A stretch of DNA of 64,000 nucleotides from an uncultured virus (IMG/VR IMGVR_UViG_3300037147_000124) (IMGVR_UViG_3300037147_000124:1-64000); one strand, 5' to 3'. Shown: positions 45,907 to 55,346, numbered from the stretch's first letter. Made by a program: numbers and translations. Notes: generated by a model from the sequence alone, not told the origin.

Positions 45907-46377
45907 ATGGCACCCAAAGCCGCACAGAAGAAGTCCCCAGCAGCTCAGAAGCTGGCCAAGCAGGGCGCACCAGTCACAGCACCGACCAAGCGGCAGGGTA
46001 AGGCCGTCCTGGCGCCGGTGGTCCCGATCACCGTGAAGTCCCTGGTCAAGCCCCGTCCCGCTCCGATCCCACTGGCAGCCGCTCAGCCTCACCCTGATCC
46101 GTCCAGCATTGCCCGCAAGGCAATGCAGTTGCGTCAGCAGGTCGGAAAGAAGGTCGATGGCTACGGAGCACCGGCTCCAGTCATCCGCAAGGTCGCTGAG
46201 TATCTCATCCGCTTCGAAGATGGCACGGTGTTGCACGCAGTTGGACCGCACGCCGACGTGCTCGTTCGTTTCACCGACGAGTGCAATTCGATCTGCCTCG
46301 CCGAGGGCAAGGCCTACTACGACGGCCCGGCCATGACGAAGTACACCCCCGAGGAGTGGGCGGCCCGGCAGCTGTAA
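45907..46377 (+). CDS. protein with Lys/Ala/Pro-rich N-terminus
   Basis: AAGGAG RBS before MAPKAAQKK. Confidence 0.65.
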   Translation: MAPKAAQKKSPAAQKLAKQGAPVTAPTKRQGKAVLAPVVPITVKSLVKPRPAPIPLAAAQPHPDPSSIARKAMQLRQQVGKKVDGYGAPAPVIRKVAEYLIRFEDGTVLHAVGPHADVLVRFTDECNSICLAEGKAYYDGPAMTKYTPEEWAARQL

Positions 46378-46396
46378 CACTCTTCCCGCACACTCA

Positions 46397-46424
46397 AGGC
46401 CCTGTCGCTCTGGCAGGGCCTTTC
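46397..46424 (+). terminator. intrinsic terminator
   Basis: AAGGCCCTGTC/GGCAGGGCCTT stem followed by T-rich tail. Confidence 0.6.
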
Positions 46425-46428
46425 TACT

Positions 46429-46815
46429 ATGCCAAGAGACATCACACCGCTTTATCAAGGCGCCTACGAGAAGACCTGTGGGCAGACCTGCGTCGCAATG
46501 GCCGCCGGCGTGTCCAGGGAGGCCGCGATCGCCGCCGTGGGCATGCCGGCAGGCACCTGGGGCGCCGACCTCAAGCGCGGGCTTGCCAAGCTCGGCATTC
46601 GTACCGGCAAGACGCGCACGCTGCGCCACAACGCGGGCGCACCCCAGTTCGGCATCGTCAACATCAACTACCGGGTCAACGGCCGCAAGGTGCGCCGCCC
46701 TGGCCACTGGCTGCTGGTGTGGGATGGGCTGATCTATGACCCGTTGCCCCCGGACCACGAGTGGCGCCCTCCGGGTGAGTTCATCTCCGGCTTCGACATC
46801 CTCGACATCGACTAG
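46429..46815 (+). CDS. papain-like (C39-like) peptidase
   Basis: Q....TCGQTCVAM; GHWLLV; YDP. Confidence 0.7.
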   Translation: MPRDITPLYQGAYEKTCGQTCVAMAAGVSREAAIAAVGMPAGTWGADLKRGLAKLGIRTGKTRTLRHNAGAPQFGIVNINYRVNGRKVRRPGHWLLVWDGLIYDPLPPDHEWRPPGEFISGFDILDID

Positions 46816-47000
46816 TTGGCGGAGGGAAGGGGGCCGCGCAACGGGGTTAGGAGGTTCGAGTGCCTACTGACTGTCAGTGGGTTCTCAATGATTGACCCGA
46901 GTACGTGGAACCTCTTAGATTCATGCCTATTCTGACTTAGTTGTGCCGTGAGTCTTTGACGGGTGTCCGGTAGGGTGTCATGCTCTTTCTACCTTCTTAC

Positions 47001-47105
47001 ATTGAGTAGTGCTTAAAGACTTTAAGTAAGTCTTAACTATTGAGTACCTCTTAATCAGTCAGTACATCTCTACGTGATGTACTGCTTTTATTAAGTACCT
47101 CTAAA
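47001..47105. repeat. five imperfect 16-bp AT-rich direct repeats (origin candidate)
   Basis: ATTGAGTAGTGCTTAA, TTTAAGTAAGTCTTAA, ATTGAGTACCTCTTAA, AGTCAGTACATCTCTA, ATTAAGTACCTCTAAA. Confidence 0.6.
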
Positions 47106-47129
47106 GAGCGGGGTCCTCCCGCTCGATCC

Positions 47130-47158
47130 TTTGGTAGATCCAGACCATCCCGCATGCT
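47130..47158 (+). promoter_or_regulatory. class II promoter TTTGGTAG-N15-CATGCT
   Basis: recurring motif. Confidence 0.65.
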
Positions 47159-47197
47159 CAGTCATGTGGCCGGTCACCGGCTCCAGAGGAGAACTAT

Positions 47198-47525
47198 CTT
47201 GACCACCCCAAACGATCTTTCCCGGCTGCTCGACGAGGACACCAAGTCCGAACCGCGCAACCACACCTGGCTGGTGAGCTTCACGGCGAAACTGCCCTCC
47301 GACCTGCTCCCTGCCGAAGAAGGCATCTGTCCGAACTGTGGCGAAGAGCATGACCCCGAAGAGATGCGCATCGTCAACGATGAGGTCACCATTCTGGGCA
47401 CCCTCGACGGCCAGGTCATCATCGACCGCGTGCGCGCCCGGGTCCTCGATCCGGAGAACATTCCCGTCCTGACGGATTTCTGTTTGACCGGCTTGAAGCA
47501 CCTGGCCATGGCGGAGGTGTACTAG
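47198..47525 (+). CDS. hypothetical protein with CPNC motif
   Basis: GAGGAG RBS; TTG start. Confidence 0.65.
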
Positions 47526-47905
47526 TGTCGACCGACCGTATCCTCGACCCCTCCCGCGAGCAGTTTGCCATCCGCGTGCCTGAAGGCGAGACCCGCATCG
47601 TCCTGGTCACGCCGGATGTGCCCTTGTTCTGCAACCACTGTCACGACACCGAAGCTCCTGAGTACCGCCTGCGGCGCGCCGCCGGCAAGTACATCGCCCT
47701 CTGCTTCAAGAACGGCGAGGGCTGCTGGGAGCGCACCACCGTTCCCCAGTGCGAGTACACCGACAACCAGGGTGTGCAGTGCCTGTTCGAGTCGGAATGG
47801 GAAGTTCGCTTCGGTAGTGACCAGCTGATGCGCACCAACCGCTGCGTTGCGCACGTGGGTCCCGCGCTGTGTGATGTCGGCGAGCACCGGGTCTTTCCGA
47901 TCTAA
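47525..47905 (+). CDS. Cys-rich putative zinc-binding protein
   Basis: Many Cys/His residues; GGAGG RBS. Confidence 0.65.
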   Translation: MSTDRILDPSREQFAIRVPEGETRIVLVTPDVPLFCNHCHDTEAPEYRLRRAAGKYIALCFKNGEGCWERTTVPQCEYTDNQGVQCLFESEWEVRFGSDQLMRTNRCVAHVGPALCDVGEHRVFPI

Positions 47906-48057
47906 GGGTTGGGCTCCTCCCGGACGTTCTGAGAGGCATCTCTCCCCAATTTCCCCTTTGTCTTTCCCCCTGTTATTTGTACCTGCCTTTCAAGTACCGG
48001 GCGGGAGGAATAGCGCACCAGCGCTGACCTCCCGCTCCCAACCCCTAAGGAAAACCC

Positions 48058-48522
48058 GTGTCCCAAGATACGAACCTCGGCTATCGCTCCAACTTCCCAC
48101 TCACCAAGATCCTCGATCGCCTCTATCTCGGCGGCTTTCAGGACGCTCTTAACCTGCGCGGCCAGAACCCGCTCGGCATCACCCACATCTGCAACTGCAC
48201 CAGCGAGAAGCTGGATCTGCCTCGTGCCAAGTTCAACATCATCCAGATGGACCAGCTGGACGGTCACGAGTGGCACACCCAGAAGCTCTACGGCGCGGTC
48301 GACTGGATCCACCAGGCCCTGCGGGGCGGCGGTAAGGTCCTGGTCCACTGTCATGCGGGTGCGAGCCGCTCCCCTACCCTGGTCGCCTGCTACCTCTACA
48401 CCTGTGGCTTCGGCTTCTACGAGTCCCTCGATGAGCTGCGCAAACAACGGCCCATCATCAACCCGGCGCCGGCAATTGTGATCAGCGCCAAGCGGGCCTT
48501 TGGTATCACCCCTGTCGCATAG
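48058..48522 (+). CDS. dual-specificity protein phosphatase
   Basis: LYLGG; CX5R motif VLVHCHAGASRS. Confidence 0.92.
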   Translation: MSQDTNLGYRSNFPLTKILDRLYLGGFQDALNLRGQNPLGITHICNCTSEKLDLPRAKFNIIQMDQLDGHEWHTQKLYGAVDWIHQALRGGGKVLVHCHAGASRSPTLVACYLYTCGFGFYESLDELRKQRPIINPAPAIVISAKRAFGITPVA

Positions 48523-48544
48523 CACTCTGGCTCTGGAGGCACGA

Positions 48545-48829
48545 ATGAGTCAAGTAATTAGCAAGGGTACGATCGCCATCTGTTCCCGTGGCCGCAAGGG
48601 CCTCGTCACATCGGACGGCCAAGTTGAAGTCAGCTACGAGGATGGCACGAAAGGCATGGCCTGGACCGGCGTGCATCTTGGCCCGGCAGTCCTCGGGCAG
48701 CCCTGGTCGAGCCGCAAACCCACCGCGTTGCAGCAGACAACGTCGCGTCAGTATCGCGCCATGATGGCGTTGCTTGACCGGCACACCCGCAACCTGCAGC
48801 CGCTGAAGAGTGTGGCATGCCAGAAGTAG
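48545..48829 (+). CDS. hypothetical protein
   Basis: GGAGG RBS. Confidence 0.6.
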   Translation: MSQVISKGTIAICSRGRKGLVTSDGQVEVSYEDGTKGMAWTGVHLGPAVLGQPWSSRKPTALQQTTSRQYRAMMALLDRHTRNLQPLKSVACQK

Positions 48830-49149
48830 GCCATCGCGAGATCGTTCACACCATGCGCGATTGGCGGCGGATCGAGGTCTTCGAAGGCGATGAATGGTTC
48901 GCCGACAAGATCGTCCACCGCTACCGCGACATCCAGGAGAAACGGGTCAACGGTGAGTGGGTTCTCGACAGCTCGAAGCTGTTGAAGCGGGTCACCGGCA
49001 GGTTCCTATGTGTCGGTGGTCCTCGCAATGGCGAGCGCCTGACCTTTGAGGAGTCCCGCAACACCAAGTACGTCTCCTTCAACTGCGCTGGCGATTACGG
49101 CCGGCGCGAAGGAATTCCCAAGTCTGTCTTTGCCTGGATCGAAAGGTAA
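48817..49149 (+). CDS. hypothetical protein
   Basis: tiled ORF. Confidence 0.6.
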   Translation: MPEVGHREIVHTMRDWRRIEVFEGDEWFADKIVHRYRDIQEKRVNGEWVLDSSKLLKRVTGRFLCVGGPRNGERLTFEESRNTKYVSFNCAGDYGRREGIPKSVFAWIER

Positions 49150-49151
49150 TC

Positions 49152-49733
49152 ATGAGCGCCACCAAGATTGTGCCACTGGTCAAGAAGATGGACCGCTGGG
49201 AGAGCCACTTCATGCAGACGGCCATGCTGGCCGCGACTATGTCGGACGACCGTTCCACCAAGGTGGGCTGCGTCATCGTGAAGGAAAACGCCATCCTGGC
49301 AAGCGGCTGCAACACCTTTCCCCGCGGCTGCTACGTGAACGGTGAGGACCTGGAACCTCATCTGCAGATGAGGGAGTACATGGTCTCGGGAATCATCAAT
49401 CCGGAGTCTCGTGCCAGGATACTGGCCCCTATCGAGGCCCGCCACGACAAGCCCGCCAAGTACCTCTGGACCGAGCACGCCGAGCGCAACGCCATCTACG
49501 GTGTTGCCCGCCGCGGTGGACCGGCCTTGCAGGGCTCTGCCATCTATGTGCCCTGGTTCCCCTGCGCTGACTGTGCCCGGGCCATCATCCAGTCCGGCAT
49601 CTCCCAGGTAGTTGCCTACATGCCCGGCTTCGATCACCCCAAGTACGGCCCGGATTTCAAGGTAGCCGTCCAGATGTTCCGGGAGAGCGGGGTTGATGTT
49701 CGCTATGTGGAACGTCTGGAAGCGGCCAAGTAA
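49152..49733 (+). CDS. dCMP deaminase
   Basis: TKVGCVIV, HAERNAI, PCADC. Confidence 0.92.
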   Translation: MSATKIVPLVKKMDRWESHFMQTAMLAATMSDDRSTKVGCVIVKENAILASGCNTFPRGCYVNGEDLEPHLQMREYMVSGIINPESRARILAPIEARHDKPAKYLWTEHAERNAIYGVARRGGPALQGSAIYVPWFPCADCARAIIQSGISQVVAYMPGFDHPKYGPDFKVAVQMFRESGVDVRYVERLEAAK

Positions 49734-49995
49734 GGCCGACACCCGCGACTTCTTCCTGCTGATGGGCTGCCAGTTCCTGAGCTACTTCATCTACAGTGTC
49801 AACGCCCGCGCCCTGGCGCAGGGCCGGATGGCGTGGACCTTCTTCACCGACCTGATCTTCGCCGCCGCCAACTACACCATCATCAAGCAGGTCAGCGAGA
49901 ACAAATCTGCCATGGGCCGCCTGGGTTACGTCCTGGGCGGGTCTTTCGGCTCAGTTCTGGCCATCCTGCTGACAAAGAAGCTGTTCGGCCAGTGA
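49693..49995 (+). CDS. small multi-pass membrane protein
   Basis: Three hydrophobic segments. Confidence 0.6.
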   Translation: MMFAMWNVWKRPSKADTRDFFLLMGCQFLSYFIYSVNARALAQGRMAWTFFTDLIFAAANYTIIKQVSENKSAMGRLGYVLGGSFGSVLAILLTKKLFGQ

Positions 49996-50005
49996 GCCGC
50001 AAAAT

Positions 50006-50015
50006 CCTATACTAG
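50006..50015 (+). promoter_or_regulatory. class III (late) motif CCTATACTAG
   Basis: 10 nt before the ATG at 50026. Confidence 0.65.
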
Positions 50016-50025
50016 GAAGGGTCGT

Positions 50026-50760
50026 ATGAGCACACCAGGGTTGATCCCCTCACCCGAAGACCTTTCTCCCTCCTGCACACCGGCACTTCCCGCCCCCAAA
50101 GTGAACATCAACAGCCTCATGGCTCGTGATGAGGACCTGGGGCTGACCACGGAAGAGCAACAGGAGCTGGAAACCTACCAATCTGCCCTCATCATCCTCG
50201 GCCCCGCCGCCGGCGCCGTCCTCGTGTGTCCCGGCAACCAGGACAACGTGGCGGACGAGGACAAGTGTCCCTACTCGTCCAAGTGCCCCCTCCTGCGCGC
50301 CCGCAAGGCGCCCGCGGATCGACTCTGCCCGATCGAACGCAAGATCGTCGAAGAGCGCTTCGGGGCCTGGTGCCGGGAGATGGAAACCGAGCCCGATACC
50401 CTCAACGAGTCCAACCGCGTCGCCATCTCTGATCTCTGCTGGCTCGACCTGCAGGAGCAGCGCTGCCTGCACATCGTCGACAAGGGCGAGCAGGCCCGGC
50501 TCACCGTTACCAACCCGAAGGATGTGCACCCCGAGACCCTGTTGCCTATCTCGTGGGAGAAAGTCATCCATCCGAACGTCGAGCTTTTGGTACAGCTGCA
50601 GACGCAGCGCAGGATGATCTTGAAGGATTGGATGCTCACTCCGGAACAACGCTGGAAGAAGGCGAAGGCGGAGAACAAGGGAACCGGGAAGGACCTGAGC
50701 AGCAAACAGTCCGCACGAGCGGACCTGCTGCGCAAGGGAACGGTTTCACCACAAGTTTAG
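50026..50760 (+). CDS. possible terminase small subunit
   Basis: Cys cluster, then HPNVELL...LKDWMLTPEQR resembling small-terminase C-termini; class III motif upstream. Confidence 0.45.
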   Translation: MSTPGLIPSPEDLSPSCTPALPAPKVNINSLMARDEDLGLTTEEQQELETYQSALIILGPAAGAVLVCPGNQDNVADEDKCPYSSKCPLLRARKAPADRLCPIERKIVEERFGAWCREMETEPDTLNESNRVAISDLCWLDLQEQRCLHIVDKGEQARLTVTNPKDVHPETLLPISWEKVIHPNVELLVQLQTQRRMILKDWMLTPEQRWKKAKAENKGTGKDLSSKQSARADLLRKGTVSPQV

Positions 50761-50844
50761 CGATACCCCACACGGAGAGAAGGTTGCTCCGAATACGGGC
50801 CGGGAGGGTTCACTCTCCCGGCTTAGTTCTCTTACGAGGTAGCA

Positions 50845-52224
50845 ATGTCGAAGCGCGAACGCGGCAGGCCAAGAGCAGGCGTCACCTACGAGCAGATTGC
50901 AGCGGAAGTGGCTGCAGGGCAGGATTTCAACCAGATCGCCATCAAGTTCAGCGTATCGCGCGACACTGTTGACCGGCGGATCAAAGAGCACACCGGAGGC
51001 AAGAAGGGCGTCAAGAGTGCCGCCCGCAAGGCTGCCACCAAGCGTGCCGCGGACAAGAAGGCCAAGGCCGCTCCGGTCAAGAGCCTCCATGCCCGCGCCA
51101 TCCTGTCCGAGCGTTCGAAGAAGGCCGACTGGAGCGCGACGCCTGAAGATTGCATCGCCGATCTCCGCTTGGTCCAGGAAAACCACTCCGACTCGTTCAT
51201 CTCACGCAACTACTACCGCGTGCACGGCAAGTACAGCGACAGTACCTGGAACTGTCATTTCGGCACGTTCGAGGAGTTCAAGCGGCGCGCTGGCCTGCAG
51301 CTCTCCCGCGGCCAGCATCACCTGGAGAAGAAGACCGCCCGCCACGCCGCCCTCGACGTCTATCGCCAGTTCTTCCTCGAAGAAGTGAAGCCCTGGGTCG
51401 GCAAGTACGAACTCAAGCAGACCGATGGCCGCATCAAGACCATGCTGATCGGCAGCGATCTGCATGATGTCGAGGCCGACCCGTTCGTCCTGTCTGTCTT
51501 CCTGGACACCGCCAAGCGCGTGCAGCCGGATGTGATCGTCCTCAATGGCGACATGTACGACGAGTACGAGTTCTCCCGCTTCGACCAGGATCCGCGGCAG
51601 GTGAACATCCGGGCACGTTACGACTTCGTGCGCGAGCAGTTCTTCAAGCCCTTGCGCAGGATCTGCCCGAATACGCAGATCGATTTCATCATCGGTAACC
51701 ACGAACAGCGCATTCTGAAGCTGCTCGCCGATCGCTCTCCCGCCATGAAGGTCCTCGTCGACCTGATGGGCGTCACCTTCTCGCAGCTGCTCGGGCTGGA
51801 CGACTTCAGGATCAACCTGATCTGCAAGAGCGACTTCGCGGCGTACAACGCCAAGGAGATGCACGAAGAGGTCAAGCGCAACTACAAGAAGTATTACGAG
51901 ACCGTGATCGTGAACCACTTCGGCGACGAAGGGTTCGCCATGTGCTCAGTCGGAGGCCACACCCACAAGCCCAAGCTCAGTTCGACGGTCAATGAAGTGA
52001 TGGGCCCCATCTGGGCGCTCACCACCGGCGCGATGGCCAAGGTAGATGCGGAGTACGTCCCCGGCAAGACCAACTATCAGCAGTCGTTTGCCCTCGTTCA
52101 CGTCGACACCTGGAGCCGCCAGGCGCTGCCCGAACACATCATGTTCACGTCACGCATGGCAGTTGTCGGCGGGAAGTTCTACTTCCGGCCCGAGCCGGAA
52201 GAAGAAGCGCAGCTCGCTGCGTAG
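50845..52224 (+). CDS. calcineurin-like metallophosphoesterase with N-terminal HTH
   Basis: SDLH, GDMYD, GNHE, GHTH; HTH QIAIKFSVSRDTVDRRIK. Confidence 0.85.
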   Translation: MSKRERGRPRAGVTYEQIAAEVAAGQDFNQIAIKFSVSRDTVDRRIKEHTGGKKGVKSAARKAATKRAADKKAKAAPVKSLHARAILSERSKKADWSATPEDCIADLRLVQENHSDSFISRNYYRVHGKYSDSTWNCHFGTFEEFKRRAGLQLSRGQHHLEKKTARHAALDVYRQFFLEEVKPWVGKYELKQTDGRIKTMLIGSDLHDVEADPFVLSVFLDTAKRVQPDVIVLNGDMYDEYEFSRFDQDPRQVNIRARYDFVREQFFKPLRRICPNTQIDFIIGNHEQRILKLLADRSPAMKVLVDLMGVTFSQLLGLDDFRINLICKSDFAAYNAKEMHEEVKRNYKKYYETVIVNHFGDEGFAMCSVGGHTHKPKLSSTVNEVMGPIWALTTGAMAKVDAEYVPGKTNYQQSFALVHVDTWSRQALPEHIMFTSRMAVVGGKFYFRPEPEEEAQLAA

Positions 52225-52438
52225 GAGCCGTCCCATGAACTCGTTCCGCGTCATCGAGGGTCAGATCGTCGAAGACATCTCCCCCTCCCAGGTACCACTC
52301 TTCCACCGCGCTGCATGGGAGATTGCTGAGAAACTCTGTACGAACGGAAAGGCCGACGTCACCAAGGTCTTCGACATCCTCGATTCGTACTTCCACATCC
52401 CGCCCGGCCAGCCTTCCCGTTAGCAGAAAGACAATCTG

Positions 52439-52873
52439 ATGCAGGCCATGAATATCTTCGTGGACGCAACCCAACAGCGCACCTTCAAAAGGCGCGCTGT
52501 TGCTGCGTTCCATAAGGACAAAGAGTATATGGAGGCTATCTTCGTCCGCCGGGGCGTTGGTGAGTTCCACGTCGTCAAGTTCATCAAGCTCAAGCTGCTC
52601 AAGCAGGGTCCCGAGATCGTCGACTCCGACGACGTCGAGTACCAGGCGCTGAAGAACGAGGCCAAGAACCTGGGGCTCGAGTTTGGCACCGTCCACACCC
52701 ATCTCTACAACGACTCGGCTCCCTCGGAATGGGACCACAAAGAGAGCGTTGGCGAAGCCCTGGTTGGAGTCTGCTCCGTCTGGACCGACGAGAAGACGCA
52801 GAAGACCCACAGCCGTATCGACTTCTGGCAGCCTCAACTGCCCTGCAAGCTGAATGTTGTTCCCTCGAAATAG
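52439..52873 (+). CDS. JAB/MPN (JAMM) metalloprotease
   Basis: Intact HxH-x7-S-x2-D (HTHLYNDSAPSEWD) plus an upstream Glu. Confidence 0.8.
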   Translation: MQAMNIFVDATQQRTFKRRAVAAFHKDKEYMEAIFVRRGVGEFHVVKFIKLKLLKQGPEIVDSDDVEYQALKNEAKNLGLEFGTVHTHLYNDSAPSEWDHKESVGEALVGVCSVWTDEKTQKTHSRIDFWQPQLPCKLNVVPSK

Positions 52874-53040
52874 GTGACCATGACCACATCCCCTCTGCGG
52901 ACCTCTACCCAGGTCCGCCCCTCCCCTCTTGTCCGCGTCCCGACCAAGGTCATGAAGACCGGCGTCAGCAACTTTACCCCCGGGACGGCGACCTTCAGTC
53001 CCCGCGCCAGTGGCTCTCGCAAGCTCCGAGGGGTCTGATC

Positions 53041-53050
53041 CCTATACTAG
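53041..53050 (+). promoter_or_regulatory. class III (late) motif CCTATACTAG
   Basis: Start of the structural operon. Confidence 0.65.
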
Positions 53051-53071
53051 ATAGCTTTTAGGAGATCAATA

Positions 53072-53587
53072 ATGGTATCGATTCCAGCTAACAGAGCACT
53101 CAATATCCTCGACAGTGGGATGACGAAAGCCGCCTCCATGTGGAATTCGGCAGGCGCATCAAGGGCTGCAGGCATCGCCCGACAAGTTTCCAGTGGCATG
53201 CACCTGAAGAGTTCCGGGTTCGCTCTTGCAGCGGGCGCGGGCGCCGCGGCAGGTGGCGCGGCCGGTTACGCAGCCAGCGATGGCGATATGAGCGGAGCAG
53301 CCAAGGGCGCGGCCCTGGGTGTACTGGGCGTCGCCGGTTTCCGCGGCATCCAGTCTGCCCGTTCCAGCTATAACGGCGGCCTTCTTCGCGATGGCGTAAG
53401 TTCAGCCAAGAGCTGGGCTTCCGGAAAGTGGCAGAACGGCATGCTGCAGGCTCGTCTGGGCGCAATGGAATTGGAGCAGCGCAGCACCAGCGCCGCTGTG
53501 ACGGCGGGGTCCGTAGGCAAACGGATGAGCAGCCGCGGTGCGGCAGAAGCCGATCGCGCGTTCTGGCGTGCCAATCCGAACGGGTAA
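53072..53587 (+). CDS. Gly/Ala-rich probable virion protein
   Basis: AGGAG RBS; glycine-zipper-like segments. Confidence 0.7.
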   Translation: MVSIPANRALNILDSGMTKAASMWNSAGASRAAGIARQVSSGMHLKSSGFALAAGAGAAAGGAAGYAASDGDMSGAAKGAALGVLGVAGFRGIQSARSSYNGGLLRDGVSSAKSWASGKWQNGMLQARLGAMELEQRSTSAAVTAGSVGKRMSSRGAAEADRAFWRANPNG

Positions 53588-53590
53588 ACC

Positions 53591-54316
53591 ATGACCGATC
53601 CCGTCTTTGCCGGCACCAAGGCAGCGCAGTTCCTGAAATCCAAGGGCATCTTCGTCGCCGCCGCGGCCGCCGGCGCCGGCGGCATCGCCATTGGAGCGGC
53701 ACGCGGCAGCAGTCAGCATCAGGACGCTTCACCCACCACTCGCGCAGGCCTGGCGGCTCATCATGCGGTTGGCGCTGGCCTGATTCTGGCCGGAGTCGGA
53801 GCTGGAGTCTACGCCGCCAAGGGAACGCTTTGGAAGGGCGGCTACAAGGCCGCGACCGGTGCTGTCGAAGCGGGAGGCAAGTCCTTTACCGCAGCGACCC
53901 GGGAAACGGGGATAGCCAATACCTTTCTGAAACACCCCATCGTTCCTACCGCGATCGGTATGGGACTCGGCGGGCTCGTCGGGGCCCAGATGGACAAAGA
54001 CAATCCCGCCGCGGGCGCCGCGATGGGGATGGTCGCAGGCGGAGCTGCAGGTCTGGCACTGCGTAGCGGCCGGAACATGGCCAAGAGCTGGAGCAAGACA
54101 CCTCGGGTTGGCAAAGCAGCCTTGATTGCCGGCGCAGCGATCGGCGTTACTGCAGCAGCGCACGCTTTCACCCACGAACAGTCTTATGCCGCTGATGACA
54201 CCGCCGTAAGCGATGGCCGCGGCAGCTACGAGGCAACCGCGGGACCTCGAGAGCGGATGCAGTCGATGAATGCGACAGGATATCTGGTCTTCGGTCTCAA
54301 CGCGCGTAGGCACTAA
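53591..54316 (+). CDS. Gly/Ala-rich probable virion/membrane protein
   Basis: GxxxG repeats. Confidence 0.7.
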   Translation: MTDPVFAGTKAAQFLKSKGIFVAAAAAGAGGIAIGAARGSSQHQDASPTTRAGLAAHHAVGAGLILAGVGAGVYAAKGTLWKGGYKAATGAVEAGGKSFTAATRETGIANTFLKHPIVPTAIGMGLGGLVGAQMDKDNPAAGAAMGMVAGGAAGLALRSGRNMAKSWSKTPRVGKAALIAGAAIGVTAAAHAFTHEQSYAADDTAVSDGRGSYEATAGPRERMQSMNATGYLVFGLNARRH

Positions 54317-54840
54317 TGCTCCTGAACCAGGCATCCCGGGATGGACTCAACGGAGCAGCGCAGTCGATGCGCATGGCTCCGTCGCGTGCGTTCTGGTCAG
54401 GCATGAAGCTGAGCGGTATCGGAATCGCCGCGGGCGTCCCGATGATCGCGTATGAAGCAGGGCATGCCCAGAGGGGCGAGGTTTTGCCCACCGCCCTGGG
54501 CCGCACCGTAGGCCTGATGACCTTCCCCGCGCTCAGCGGCGCGCTCGCCGCCGGCGGCGCGATGGCGGCCACCGCGCTAGGTCTCTCGGTCCCGGGCATT
54601 GGAGCCTTTGCCGTGTTGGCTTCGATCTACCCCGACGTGATGATCGGCAATTCGATCAATCGCAGCATCCGGTCTCTCACCGCGGCCGGGCGCCAGGTTC
54701 ACCACCTCGAGTTCGGTGGCAGCTTCCAGGACACCGACACCGCGCGCCAGATGCGCAACTACGCCCTTTACGAGATGAGCGGAGCCACCTCCGCCTCCCG
54801 TCGTTACCTGGGACAGGAAGCTGCCCTGATGCACCGATAA
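54316..54840 (+). CDS. Gly/Ala-rich probable virion protein
   Basis: TAATG coupling; C-terminus LGQEAALMH. Confidence 0.7.
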   Translation: MLLNQASRDGLNGAAQSMRMAPSRAFWSGMKLSGIGIAAGVPMIAYEAGHAQRGEVLPTALGRTVGLMTFPALSGALAAGGAMAATALGLSVPGIGAFAVLASIYPDVMIGNSINRSIRSLTAAGRQVHHLEFGGSFQDTDTARQMRNYALYEMSGATSASRRYLGQEAALMHR

Positions 54841-54929
54841 CAGTCTTCGACTCGAAGAGCGGATTCATAGCGGTTTTCGACCGCCGATAACGCTTTTCGA
54901 CCAAACCCTTCAAATTGGAGTTCCTACTC

Positions 54930-55346
54930 ATGGGCGACTACCTGGATTTCAAGCGCAACGTGCTCAATACCCCTCACCCGATGTTCGGGGCGATGCCTCC
55001 TGGCTTTGGCGTAGGCGACCTGCCTGCGCGGTATGACGACGGCTTCCTCGTGTTCAACGCTGTCACTGGCGACCAGACATCCGCAGCCATCCCTGTCGAT
55101 GCCAACGCGATCGAGCTGGTGGCCACCTTCAGCGACCTGCACACCGGTTGCACGATCACGGTGTTGGCGGCCGACGGCGTGACTCCGCTGGCAGTCTTCC
55201 CCGGGGTAAGCACGCTCAAGAGCAGCAACCTCTATGCCGGCTTTGCCGAGAACAACCAGCTGCTCGGCGGAGGTTCGTTTCTCTTCGCCGTATCCGCATG
55301 GTCTGGCACGGGAACCCTGACGTTGAAGGTTCGCCGCACCGGCTAA
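54930..55346 (+). CDS. hypothetical beta-rich protein
   Basis: GGAG RBS before MGDYL. Confidence 0.7.
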   Translation: MGDYLDFKRNVLNTPHPMFGAMPPGFGVGDLPARYDDGFLVFNAVTGDQTSAAIPVDANAIELVATFSDLHTGCTITVLAADGVTPLAVFPGVSTLKSSNLYAGFAENNQLLGGGSFLFAVSAWSGTGTLTLKVRRTG

